Shown in pieces: positions 36,612-45,046 of a stretch of 64,000 nucleotides of DNA; the first letter of the stretch is position 1; every line of letters begins with the position of its first letter. Origin of the DNA: a virus; the IMG/VR virus record IMGVR_UViG_3300042922_000661, positions 1 through 64,000 of that record; one strand, given 5' to 3'. A program made the position numbers and the translations under genes. The notes under the pieces are model-generated. The model did not search any database, had not been told where the DNA came from, and saw only the letters and a program-made list of their open reading frames with translations.

Positions 36612-37274
36612 TTAGCTAATGATCTCACTCAATCGAGTGATTCCTGCCAGTACATAGGCTTTAGCCATCAATTCCCTTTCCGTGCCGTTGTGCTTACTGA
36701 ACTCTGACTTACCGCCAGTAATGCCGTCTGCATGCACCGGCACCAGCCAAGGGAACTCTGCCCGGATTGCTGCCGGTGCAGCATGCTGGTGGTGATTATT
36801 GCAAAGGGGGATTTGTAGCAAGTGTGCGCCGGGTTTGGTTCTGCCCTCGATGTGATGAAGGCTGATAATCGGTGATTCCTTTCCGTGTTGTAGGCAGGCA
36901 ATGCAGGGGAGTTTACCCAAAGCATCCATAACCACTCGTTCCGCTGCGGTCGGTGTGCGTCCTTTAAGGCCTCTACTGGACGCGCTGACACGTGTTTGCC
37001 GCTTCGTTGCTGCTGGTGTGGGCTTTTTCTCTTTCAGACGTTCAGAAGCGCTCACAGCGCGTTTTACTGCTTTCAGCTTTTGCTCTGCTTTCCACTCCGG
37101 GGAGTTGCGGCGCTCAATTTGCCTCGCAAGCATTCTGCTGTTGCTGGCCTGCTGCTTCTCATACTGCTGCTGCCTATATTCTGGATCTGCCAGTTTGGTT
37201 GCGTGCCGCTCGCGCTGGCGCTGTTGCGCTCTGGACTGTTTTTCCCGTGCTACCTGATAATTTGCGGTTTCCAT
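36612..37274 (-). CDS. ref: Ref RecA-dependent HNH endonuclease
   Basis: GRTPTAAE...LPCIAC...SLHHI.GRT...AH...PLC..HHQ; long basic N-terminus. Confidence 0.9.
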   Translation of the reverse strand: METANYQVAREKQSRAQQRQRERHATKLADPEYRQQQYEKQQASNSRMLARQIERRNSPEWKAEQKLKAVKRAVSASERLKEKKPTPAATKRQTRVSASSRGLKGRTPTAAERVVMDALGKLPCIACLQHGKESPIISLHHIEGRTKPGAHLLQIPLCNNHHQHAAPAAIRAEFPWLVPVHADGITGGKSEFSKHNGTERELMAKAYVLAGITRLSEIIS

Positions 37275-37283
37275 GATTTAACC

Positions 37284-37306
37284 AAATCTAAAATATTTTT
37301 TAGATT
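37284..37306. promoter_or_regulatory. Candidate C1-type operator pair upstream of ref
   Basis: AATCTAA-AATATTTT-TTAGATT, same 8-bp spacer as the rdgC site. Confidence 0.5.
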
Positions 37307-37384
37307 GTTGATCACATCCGGTAATCAGTAAAGCACTATGAAATTGTCCACTGGTAATGGCTTATAGCTAATCTGCTCAAGGGG

Positions 37385-37603
37385 TTATCCACTTATCCAC
37401 TGGATAGATCATATAAATCGATCCTATAGAGATCATATATAGATCAAATAAGATCACTGTTGCTACAACCCAATGATTTTAATAGCAAATAATGCATTTT
37501 GCGTTGCTGGTTTCATGGTAAATGTTGTTGGTTTCATGGTAAATGTTGCTGGATTCATGGTGAATGTTGTTGGTTTCATGGTAGGGTGTTGCTGGTTTCA
37601 TGG
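37385..37603 (+). other. Plasmid replication origin (oriR-like)
   Basis: Tandem DnaA-box-like TTATCCAC (37385-37401), five GATC sites (37407-37455), an AT-rich spacer, then five iterons; same layout as P1 oriR. Confidence 0.9.
37503..37603 (+). repeat. Origin iterons (5 direct copies)
   Basis: GTTG(C/T)TGG(T/A)TTCATGG at 37503, 37524, 37545, 37566 and 37588 (21-22-bp period). Confidence 0.95.
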
Positions 37604-37647
37604 CAGGACCCTAAATTACCCACATTGACCGAGAGAAGGCTCTTTCG

Positions 37648-38529
37648 ATGGAAAATGACGACGAAATCAAGACGATAGGTGATGCTCTTGTATACAGCTC
37701 TGAGCAAGAAGAAAAAAGTTATACACTGACACCTACCTCTAATCGGACTGTCCAGCCGATCGCGTTGATGCGTTTGGGTGTATTTGTGCCTGCTGTTCGC
37801 AATAAGCCCCAGCGCGGTAATGCCGTTATCGATGCCTCCGCAGATTTCGGGCAGCTTGAAATCGCTAAAGCTGAGGGTTACACCAATATCATGATCAAGG
37901 GCAGCAGACTTGATATGAGCACTGATTTTAAGACATGGATTGGTGCTATCCGGGCGTTCAGCAAATATGGTGCTGATAGTAATCGCATTAAGTTACCATT
38001 TACCGAATTTGCGAAGCTATGCGGAATTGCCGTAGATGATATCAACCAGCGTTCGCGTGATCGCTTCTTCAACTCCTTTCTAAGACTGGCCTCGCTTGTT
38101 ATCTCGTTTAAAAACAAAGACGGCAGCAAGGTGACAATAACGCATCTGCTTAATAGCGCTCATTTTGACACTGAGAAGGACGTGATTACTTTGGAAGGGG
38201 ATTCCCGACTATGGGAGCTTTATGCCTTCGATCACAAGGTATTACTGCAGTTAAAGGCTATCCAGGCACTGCCGCGTAAAGAGTCCGCCCAGGCGCTCTA
38301 CGTCTACATCGAGAGCCTGCCTACTGGATTCCTTCAAGTGTCTCTGGAGCGCCTTCGTGATCGCCTCAACCTGAACTCCACTATCAGCACACAGAACAAC
38401 GTCGTCCGTAAGGCCATGAAAGAGCTGGCTGACATTGGTTACTTGTCGTTTACGGAAGTTAAGAAGAATGGCGTGGTCTATTTCCAGATTCACTCACGTA
38501 AGCCTGACCTTCTGCCTAACAAAGAATAA
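37648..38529 (+). CDS. repA: Replication initiator RepA (P1/RepFIB family)
   Basis: 293 aa; TVQP.ALMRLGVFVP, G.RLDM.TDFK.W.G and AQALY..IESLP motifs; flanked by iterons. Confidence 0.95.
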   Translation: MENDDEIKTIGDALVYSSEQEEKSYTLTPTSNRTVQPIALMRLGVFVPAVRNKPQRGNAVIDASADFGQLEIAKAEGYTNIMIKGSRLDMSTDFKTWIGAIRAFSKYGADSNRIKLPFTEFAKLCGIAVDDINQRSRDRFFNSFLRLASLVISFKNKDGSKVTITHLLNSAHFDTEKDVITLEGDSRLWELYAFDHKVLLQLKAIQALPRKESAQALYVYIESLPTGFLQVSLERLRDRLNLNSTISTQNNVVRKAMKELADIGYLSFTEVKKNGVVYFQIHSRKPDLLPNKE

Positions 38530-38532
38530 TCA

Positions 38533-39003
38533 TTGCTGGTTTCATGGCAGGTGTTGTTGGTTTCATGGCAGCATTGCTGGAATACCGGCGATTAATGCTG
38601 GTGACTTGTGGTTTTAGAGTGTTTTTTGCTCGAAAGCCGCTTGTTACCATGAAACCAACAATATTTACTGTGACATAGCCACCGAATTACCATGAAACCA
38701 GCAATGTCCCTAAGCACCTGACTAACTCACCATGAAACCAGCAACCGTCTTACTGCAGCGGCTATGTCAGTAATAGTATGACGCTATGGCCGTGACTGAA
38801 GCAGGGGAAGGAGTATTGATGCCTCATGGTAAATGTTGCTGGTTTCATGGTTGGCGTTGCTGGTTTCATGATAAGCCCACCAACTGTGGCAGGTATTGAG
38901 CTTCATTCGAGGGGATAGGGGCTGTTTACCATGAATAGAGCAACGCCATAACAGGGTTTTTTGGCAACAATGATTTAAGCAATATTAGCCATGAAACCAG
39001 CAA
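38533..39003. repeat. Copy-control iterons (incA-like)
   Basis: Eight good and one degenerate copy of TTG(C/T)TGGTTTCATG in both orientations (38533, 38554, 38647, 38690, 38730, 38836, 38857, 38929, 38989). Confidence 0.92.
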
Positions 39004-39107
39004 TAAGCTGGCTTAATTATTCTGATAAAAATAGAGAGCTACTCCCAACAAAAAAGCCTCCGAAAAGACTTTTTTGTTAGCCGAGAAGAGCAAAAGCGCA
39101 GAAGCGA

Positions 39108-39908
39108 CTATCTTGACTTAAAGGGATATCCAAACGGCTGTAATCCAGGCCAAGCTCTACCAGATAGAGAAGGATGATCTGACGGATGCTCATCGTCTAC
39201 CGCATGGATATTTATAGGCTCAATACGGCTCGTCTCAGGATTCTGCACATTCAGCGTCAAGCTGATTTTTGTGAGGTCAGCACCTTTAGCAATAGCCAGA
39301 GTTAGCTGATGTTCCAACTGTGATACAAGCGAATCTTTGGCTGCCATGTTCTCAGTATTGGATGTTGGAACATACGCTGCGGCCATGCGTTCGGCTAGAG
39401 TTGGCACGTTTAAAATCTGCCACAGCTTATCAGTTCTCTTTGATCCATATGGTATACCTAGCATGCCGGGCAAATGTGCTTGAACACCTCGTAACACTTG
39501 AGCTTGACGACGTAGGTCGTCTATATTCAAAAACTGTGTAGTGAAATGATATTCTTCTTTCGAGGTTGCACCTTCTTCATCCTCTTCGCCTCGTTCGCTG
39601 CTCGTTAGGATGGAATACAAAGTTTGTGTGCTTAAAGCGTCAGTGTCGGTAATTAGTAAATCTTCCGGACTGATAGTTTTCATCGTGCCAATAGGTATAC
39701 CGTTAAGATCACTTCCTGATGCAGCATTTAGGGACGCTTCTTCTTTAGAATCAGGTTTAGTAGCCGCATTGATCACTACAGCCATCTCGTCCATAGAGCG
39801 CTCTGCAGCTCTTTTTACGATATCTTGCGCCTGCGGCGATGCCTCTGGGCCAAACAGGTCCAGAAGCGAATACTCATCAGGTGCAAAGGCTTCAGATTCA
39901 AATGACAT
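39108..39908 (-). CDS. Hypothetical acidic protein downstream of the zeta toxin gene
   Basis: 266 aa; AGGAG SD; 25 bp after the zeta stop; terminator at ~39047-39078. Confidence 0.7.
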   Translation of the reverse strand: MSFESEAFAPDEYSLLDLFGPEASPQAQDIVKRAAERSMDEMAVVINAATKPDSKEEASLNAASGSDLNGIPIGTMKTISPEDLLITDTDALSTQTLYSILTSSERGEEDEEGATSKEEYHFTTQFLNIDDLRRQAQVLRGVQAHLPGMLGIPYGSKRTDKLWQILNVPTLAERMAAAYVPTSNTENMAAKDSLVSQLEHQLTLAIAKGADLTKISLTLNVQNPETSRIEPINIHAVDDEHPSDHPSLSGRAWPGLQPFGYPFKSR

Positions 39909-39933
39909 ATAAACTCCTATAACTGGCTATTAA

Positions 39934-40653
39934 TTATACGCCTATATGTGCCAAGTCATCAATGCAAGTGTAAGGGCAATGATGGGAGTCAGCCCAGGTA
40001 TCTTTTGTCACGTTTCGAATTGTCTCAATGCTGAAGCCCGTAGGATTGGCTGGTTCTCTATAACGACGGAAAACGTTCAATGTGAATTGACCATCATACT
40101 TTTCAAGAACATGCTTTATAACTTTCCTGCCGTTGATAAAGTTATTCTTCAGCACAGCAAGTGGGACAACGCGTGATCTCTGCTGCGCGTATACCCAAGC
40201 AATTGCCGGATCTAGGTATACATAATTTAGGATTAATGTGTAACCAGCTGCGATAGCAGCATCAAAGTTACTATCAGCGATACCTTTACTAGCAAACGTT
40301 GAGTCCATGATTATCTGATAGCGATTATCAAGAGCGCGAGCGTAAATGGCATTAACCATACTGGATGCAGGCTTTTGAAAGCAAACAGAATTTGCTTCGT
40401 TGTAATAGGGGAACCACCAGCGGAAATCATCGGCGTCAATACGGACAAAGTTCGTCTGCTTACCACCGAGGATGACATTATTTATTAATTCAGTCTTTCC
40501 GGATGCAGGTGAGCCAGCCATAAAAACTATCCCGCGTGCGCCCTCATTGATAGGCTTTTTTTCTTTAGTCAGATGGCTATATAAAACATCTTCTACAGCG
40601 TCTTTTACCTGTAGCCCCAGAGGCTCAAGCAAAGTTTTATCCATAAAATCCAT
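39934..40653 (-). CDS. Zeta toxin family P-loop kinase
   Basis: MAGSPASGKT Walker A, IDADDFR, I.DST, R.R.VP. Start moved to ATG 40653 (AGGA SD) because the longer ORF runs through a terminator. Confidence 0.85.
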   Translation of the reverse strand: MDFMDKTLLEPLGLQVKDAVEDVLYSHLTKEKKPINEGARGIVFMAGSPASGKTELINNVILGGKQTNFVRIDADDFRWWFPYYNEANSVCFQKPASSMVNAIYARALDNRYQIIMDSTFASKGIADSNFDAAIAAGYTLILNYVYLDPAIAWVYAQQRSRVVPLAVLKNNFINGRKVIKHVLEKYDGQFTLNVFRRYREPANPTGFSIETIRNVTKDTWADSHHCPYTCIDDLAHIGV

Positions 40654-40727
40654 GATTTCATCCTGACTGTGTGAATAGCTTAATATCGGCAAAAGTAGAT
40701 ATTTGTTCAAGTCGCTCGATTGAGAAT

Positions 40728-40753
40728 AAAAAAAACCGCCCGAAGGCGGCTTC
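40728..40753 (-). terminator. Intrinsic terminator of the small-peptide mRNA
   Basis: GCCGCC-TTCG-GGCGG followed by T8, a few nt after the peptide stop codon. Confidence 0.85.
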
Positions 40754-40756
40754 ATA

Positions 40757-40879
40757 TCAGTTGCTATGGATGACTGTCACCGGCACGTGGATGTAGGTAA
40801 TGATGTTCATACCTTCACCTCCGTTTGGGTGCAGTAATGCCACCAGCAACGACACAACGTAAAATGCTTTACGTGTCAT
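40757..40879 (-). CDS. 40-aa hydrophobic peptide, putative type I toxin
   Basis: MTRKAFYVVSLLVALLHPNGGEGMNIITYIHVPVTVIHSN; TAAGG SD 8 nt upstream; own terminator; absent from the ORF track because of its size. Confidence 0.7.
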   Translation of the reverse strand: MTRKAFYVVSLLVALLHPNGGEGMNIITYIHVPVTVIHSN

Positions 40880-41159
40880 TGTTTAGGCCTTACAGGTTCT
40901 GACCAGTGGCGTTCGGTGCGCCCCGCAAGACATAAAACGCATGCTTGTGTTCGGTCGAAGTTAATCGGGCAAGTAAGGTACCGAATCGGCTGAGAATCCA
41001 CCTCACTGCTTCGTCTCTACTAAGGATGCCACAACCACACAGGTGGTTTCATTGCCTTTCTTCCCATGCGTGAATAATTTGCCGAAAAAAGTATCATTCT
41101 GATGTTTTTGGCTTTTCCTACAGCACAACTTTCCTGAAAGAGTTTTTTCAAAAGTCGGG

Positions 41160-41187
41160 TTGCAAAGGAGGTCATGGGACGTATACT
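41160..41187 (+). promoter_or_regulatory. Sigma70 promoter of the sRNA
   Basis: TTGCAA-16 bp-TATACT, 7 nt upstream of the 18-nt antisense segment. Confidence 0.7.
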
Positions 41188-41193
41188 GGCGTT

Positions 41194-41330
41194 GAAAACG
41201 CATGCTTGTGTTTGCTGTTTTTAGCAAATCAGCAGTGGTGAAAATTGCCTGAGAACAATTTTCGCCTTCTGGAGAAATGCCTGAGAACATTTTTCTGGAT
41301 TCAATAAAGCCGCCTACGGGCGGTTTTTTT
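41194..41330 (+). ncRNA. Putative antitoxin sRNA (~135 nt)
   Basis: Bounded by a promoter and a terminator; its 5' 18 nt equal 40934-40951 (antisense to the peptide mRNA leader); three hairpins, two with an identical CCUGAGAA loop. Confidence 0.75.
41307..41330 (+). terminator. sRNA intrinsic terminator
   Basis: GCCGCC-TACG-GGCGG-T7. Confidence 0.85.
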
Positions 41331-41948
41331 GTATCTATAACAAGCATATCGCAACCACGCTTCCCGTTCATAGCCCTTGAAGGCAGAGCAATATTACTTT
41401 GGAAGCTACTACTCAAAATCTCATCCACCAGACGTTTTCGCGCCTGAGTCATATCGTAGGTTCAACACGCCACACGCCTCAAACACTATCGCTTCTATTG
41501 TGAGTGTTAATACACAAAGCAAAGCAACCTTCTGACGCATTCTACCACGCTGGCTTGCGTGACTCACAATTTTGAGATGCACGCTTACAGCAAGAATATG
41601 TTGGCAATTTCTACATCTTACCTGTGTTTTTTTACAGCTTTCAACTCCATGCAATGAATAGCCTCGCACACCGTGCATGCCCTTCATACCGTGGCTTAGC
41701 CAGAATCATAGATGTAAAGATTCCCGCTTAACAAGCACACCCTGGTAAGGGTTGTATGATTTGTATTTGCGCAACAACTGTAAAGCCAGCAACGCTGGGC
41801 CTTGTAGCCCGAAAAAATTTTTTGTAAATGTCACTGGCCAGAAAAAGGGCTTAAAAAGCCCCTAATGATTAGCCTTGAGGAAGGTAGCGCAAGCTATGAG
41901 AGCATGACTTGCGCAGGCAAAGATAAAATGCGGGATGATGGCGGGTTC

Positions 41949-42164
41949 TTAGATATTGTGCTTCAGCAGAGCGAAGAGCATTGGCCTGCTATCAATGGTG
42001 TTTCCCTTCAGGTCTTTACATACCCAATTCTTTTTCAAGAACGTGATATAGCAATCTGTACGGTTTATGCGTAAGGGTTCGGTTCTACCCGCTTCTACAA
42101 AGCCTTTTGCCTTCCAAATGCCGCGCATCTTATCCAATTCGATCTGCTTCAAACCTAATTTCAT
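41949..42164 (-). CDS. Small basic hypothetical protein
   Basis: 71-aa ATG ORF preceded by a candidate operator (42177-42192), divergent from umuD. Confidence 0.5.
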   Translation of the reverse strand: MKLGLKQIELDKMRGIWKAKGFVEAGRTEPLRINRTDCYITFLKKNWVCKDLKGNTIDSRPMLFALLKHNI

Positions 42165-42246
42165 AGTGGTGAAATTAATAAAATTTTAGAATGTACTTAT
42201 TCTTATATGAAATCGCCCACTGGTCAATTCCATACTTCTAATCTTA

Positions 42247-42266
42247 TACTGTATTTTTGTACAGTA
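42247..42266. promoter_or_regulatory. LexA (SOS) box
   Basis: TACTGTATTTTTGTACAGTA (CTGT-N8-ACAG) just upstream of the umuD SD. Confidence 0.92.
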
Positions 42267-42279
42267 ATAGGGAGGGGCT

Positions 42280-42723
42280 ATGATGCGATTAGAAGTGATA
42301 GCAATACCGGACGAAGCCGCGCCACGACAGGCTTTTAAACAATTTCTCGAAACGGTTGCAGCAGGCTTCCCGTCTCCGGCCATTGGATATGAAGACACAC
42401 CCCTGGACCTAAATGATTATTGTGTCCGGGCCAAAACGGCGACTTATTTCGTGCGATGTGAGGGTGAGTCGATGATAGGGGCCGGTATTTTTGACGGTGA
42501 TTTGCTGGTGGTGGATAAATCGAAGGCAGCGGCAGACGGGCAGATCGTAATTGCCTCAGTAGACGGAGAATTTACGGTAAAAAAGCTGCAGCTTAGGCCG
42601 GTGCCGATGCTGCTGGCCATGAACCCGCGCTATAAGCCGATCCCTATCGAGCCTGATTTACTGGAAATTTGGGGGGTGGTTACTTATGTGATCCACCGTA
42701 CTGACAATGTTCCTGCACAGTGA
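42280..42723 (+). CDS. umuD: DNA polymerase V subunit UmuD (cleavable)
   Basis: VAA-GFPSPA cleavage site, GESM catalytic Ser, FTVKKL catalytic Lys. Confidence 0.95.
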   Translation: MMRLEVIAIPDEAAPRQAFKQFLETVAAGFPSPAIGYEDTPLDLNDYCVRAKTATYFVRCEGESMIGAGIFDGDLLVVDKSKAAADGQIVIASVDGEFTVKKLQLRPVPMLLAMNPRYKPIPIEPDLLEIWGVVTYVIHRTDNVPAQ

Positions 42724-43972
42724 CGTTAACGCCTTCTACGTTTCGGCGGAGCTGGCATTTAGGCCGGACCTTTACGGGCGTCCTGTCGTCGTGGCGACGA
42801 ACAACGATGGCTGTATTGCGGCACTGAACCGCGAGGCTAATTACGTGGGCCTGAAGCGGGGCGATCCACTGTTTAAAATTCGAGACACCATCCGGCGCTA
42901 TAATGTGGTGGTATTCAGCAGCAACTACACGCTGTACGACTCATTCAGTAAGCGTTTCCATACGATTGTGGGTGAGTATGTCCCTAACCTGGAAGCGTAC
43001 TCAATTGACGAGGTGTTTGGCTCACTGGACGGCATGGAGAAGCTGGTGGACTTCCAGACATTCGGGGAAGAGATCAGGCGCACCGTCATCCAGCACACCA
43101 CGATGAAGTGTGGCATAGGGATAGCGGAGACCAAGACGCTCTGTAAGGTTGCCACGCACGCGGCAAAGACCTGGCCTAAAACAGGCGGCGTAGTGGTGCT
43201 GACCGATCCGGTGCGGCGCGATAAGCTGCTGTCGCTGCTGGACGTCTCAGAGACGTGGGGTGTCGGCAGAAAGATTGGTGCCAGGCTGCAACTGATGAAC
43301 ATCAAGACGATGCTCGACCTTGCCCGTGCCGACACAACCATGATCCGTAAAAACTTCAACGTGATGCTGGAGCGCACCGTCCGGGAGCTGCGCGGTGAGC
43401 GTTGTTTCGAGCTCGAAGAGAACCCGCCCACCAAACAGCAGATTGTCGTAAGCCGTTCATTCGGCAAACGGCTCACCAGCCTGGATGAAGTGAGCAACGC
43501 TGTTTGCTTCTTTGCCACCAGCGCCGGTGAAAAGCTGCGGCGTGAAAAGCAGTATTGCCGGAACATAACGGTATTCATCCAGACCAGCAAACATGACTCG
43601 CGTCACCCGTATTACTCACGCGGGGCCAGCCACTCGTTTACCACGGCCACACAGGACACGCGTGATCTGATTGATGCCGCCGTGCGCGGCCTCAGAGCTA
43701 TCTGGCGCAATGGCTACGAGTATGCAAAGGCTGGCGTGATGTTGGGGGAGTTCTGCGGCTCGGAGCAGCAGCTGAACCTGTTTGACGAGGCTCCGCCGCG
43801 TCCAGGCAGCGATAAACTGATGGAGTTGATGGATAAGCTGAACAGCTACCAGCGCGGCACGCTATTTATCGCCGGTCAGGGCGTTAATCCGGCCTATCAG
43901 ATGAAGCGGGAAATGTTATCTCCGCGCTATCTGACGCGTTGGGAAGAGCTACCTATTGTCAAAATGAAGTGA
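42707..43972 (+). CDS. umuC: DNA polymerase V subunit UmuC
   Basis: D.N.FY.S.E..FRPDL, NNDGC, YSIDE and MKREMLSPRY motifs. Confidence 0.96.
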   Translation: MFLHSDVNAFYVSAELAFRPDLYGRPVVVATNNDGCIAALNREANYVGLKRGDPLFKIRDTIRRYNVVVFSSNYTLYDSFSKRFHTIVGEYVPNLEAYSIDEVFGSLDGMEKLVDFQTFGEEIRRTVIQHTTMKCGIGIAETKTLCKVATHAAKTWPKTGGVVVLTDPVRRDKLLSLLDVSETWGVGRKIGARLQLMNIKTMLDLARADTTMIRKNFNVMLERTVRELRGERCFELEENPPTKQQIVVSRSFGKRLTSLDEVSNAVCFFATSAGEKLRREKQYCRNITVFIQTSKHDSRHPYYSRGASHSFTTATQDTRDLIDAAVRGLRAIWRNGYEYAKAGVMLGEFCGSEQQLNLFDEAPPRPGSDKLMELMDKLNSYQRGTLFIAGQGVNPAYQMKREMLSPRYLTRWEELPIVKMK

Positions 43973-44033
43973 GTGAACGCTGGTGGTGAACGATAAACAT
44001 CTAAAATGAACGAAATTTAGATACTGGCTATAA

Positions 44034-44753
44034 TTAAAGCTTAGAAAGCTCTTCAATCAATTGTGGGTTCTTTGACATGAATGTTATATATGATTTTCCC
44101 ATTGACGTGAGTTTGAAAAAATTATCTTCTTCATAAATAAGCCCATTACTAACTGGATACGCAATATATGTTATCCAATCCCAGTCAGCAAAAGCTTTGG
44201 CATTTTCATTTTTTATTTTATCGAAATGAGTAATTATATCTTCCTTGCTAATGCAACCACCAATAATTTTTATTTTAAAGAATAAATCATATTGTGAGCG
44301 GAATAAAACTTTGTTTACATCAAGGTATTTTATAGTGCTTTGATAAAGCGATACTTCACGTGACAAGATATCGATTTTTTCTTTATTATCAATATTCAGT
44401 GAAAGTGCGTGCTTTAATATTGATTGATATAATTCCTCACTGTATTCAGTTTTAAATCTATCATGTCTTTCTTTTATGGCTTCAGCGCTTAGATTTTCCG
44501 ATAAGTACGCTGAGTTGGCGCTAGACATTTCTAATACTTTAGCCGACTCTTGTGCCGTTATAAACTTGGCCGATAAGCCAGTTATCGTAGCGGATATCTC
44601 TGAAACCGTATTTTTTGTAAAAAAAGAACGAATTACATCAAAGATTCTAATTCGAAAGCTGAGTCCAATGAAAAGAGCAACAACAGGCCAAGCAATATTT
44701 TTCACAAGTTCAACGATCAGGTTTGGTGACCATTCACACACTGAAATCCCCAT
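44034..44753 (-). CDS. Membrane-anchored accessory protein with C-terminal wHTH-like motif
   Basis: ATG 44753 with AGGAG SD; N-terminal IAWPVVALFIG TM segment; C-terminal GLI......LT..GK pattern; AT-rich. Confidence 0.65.
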   Translation of the reverse strand: MGISVCEWSPNLIVELVKNIAWPVVALFIGLSFRIRIFDVIRSFFTKNTVSEISATITGLSAKFITAQESAKVLEMSSANSAYLSENLSAEAIKERHDRFKTEYSEELYQSILKHALSLNIDNKEKIDILSREVSLYQSTIKYLDVNKVLFRSQYDLFFKIKIIGGCISKEDIITHFDKIKNENAKAFADWDWITYIAYPVSNGLIYEEDNFFKLTSMGKSYITFMSKNPQLIEELSKL

Positions 44754-45046
44754 TGGTACTCCTGTTAAAATTTTTATCAAAAGCAATGCGCACGTTCAAA
44801 GTCGATTCTTTCGTTGCTTCACTTTTGGGGAAGCAGTTTTACATCTGAAAGTTTTGTATGCATGTTGTTGATTCTAAGCTAATTAATAAAAAATAATTTT
44901 CAACAGAGCACTACCTGCTATGAATGAAAGCAGGCAGTTAATGAATGAAAATTAAAAATCTATGGCTAAAATTAAATTAATTTAATCCACCTCTAATTAT
45001 GATGAGGTGCAAAACGAAATTAATTTAAATACTGGCATATATGAAC

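Noticed and set aside
37503-39003. Regularly spaced 16-21-bp repeats as a possible CRISPR array
   Set aside because: Gaps are ~5 bp or irregular, orientations are mixed, the repeats flank repA and no cas genes are present; they are iterons.
40654-40755. N-terminal extension of the zeta ORF (MKPPSGGFF...)
   Set aside because: It is a translation of the terminator hairpin; ATG 40653 has a proper SD.
41003-41452. 149-aa minus-strand ORF from the ORF track
   Set aside because: No clear SD or motifs; it runs antisense through the sRNA promoter, hairpins and terminator.
39920-45045. ACTGGC(T/A)AT-like motif just beyond the stops of three accessory genes (~39922, ~44023, ~45030) as possible cassette att sites
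   Set aside because: Short, AT-rich and variably spaced, with no attC-like palindrome and no integron integrase.
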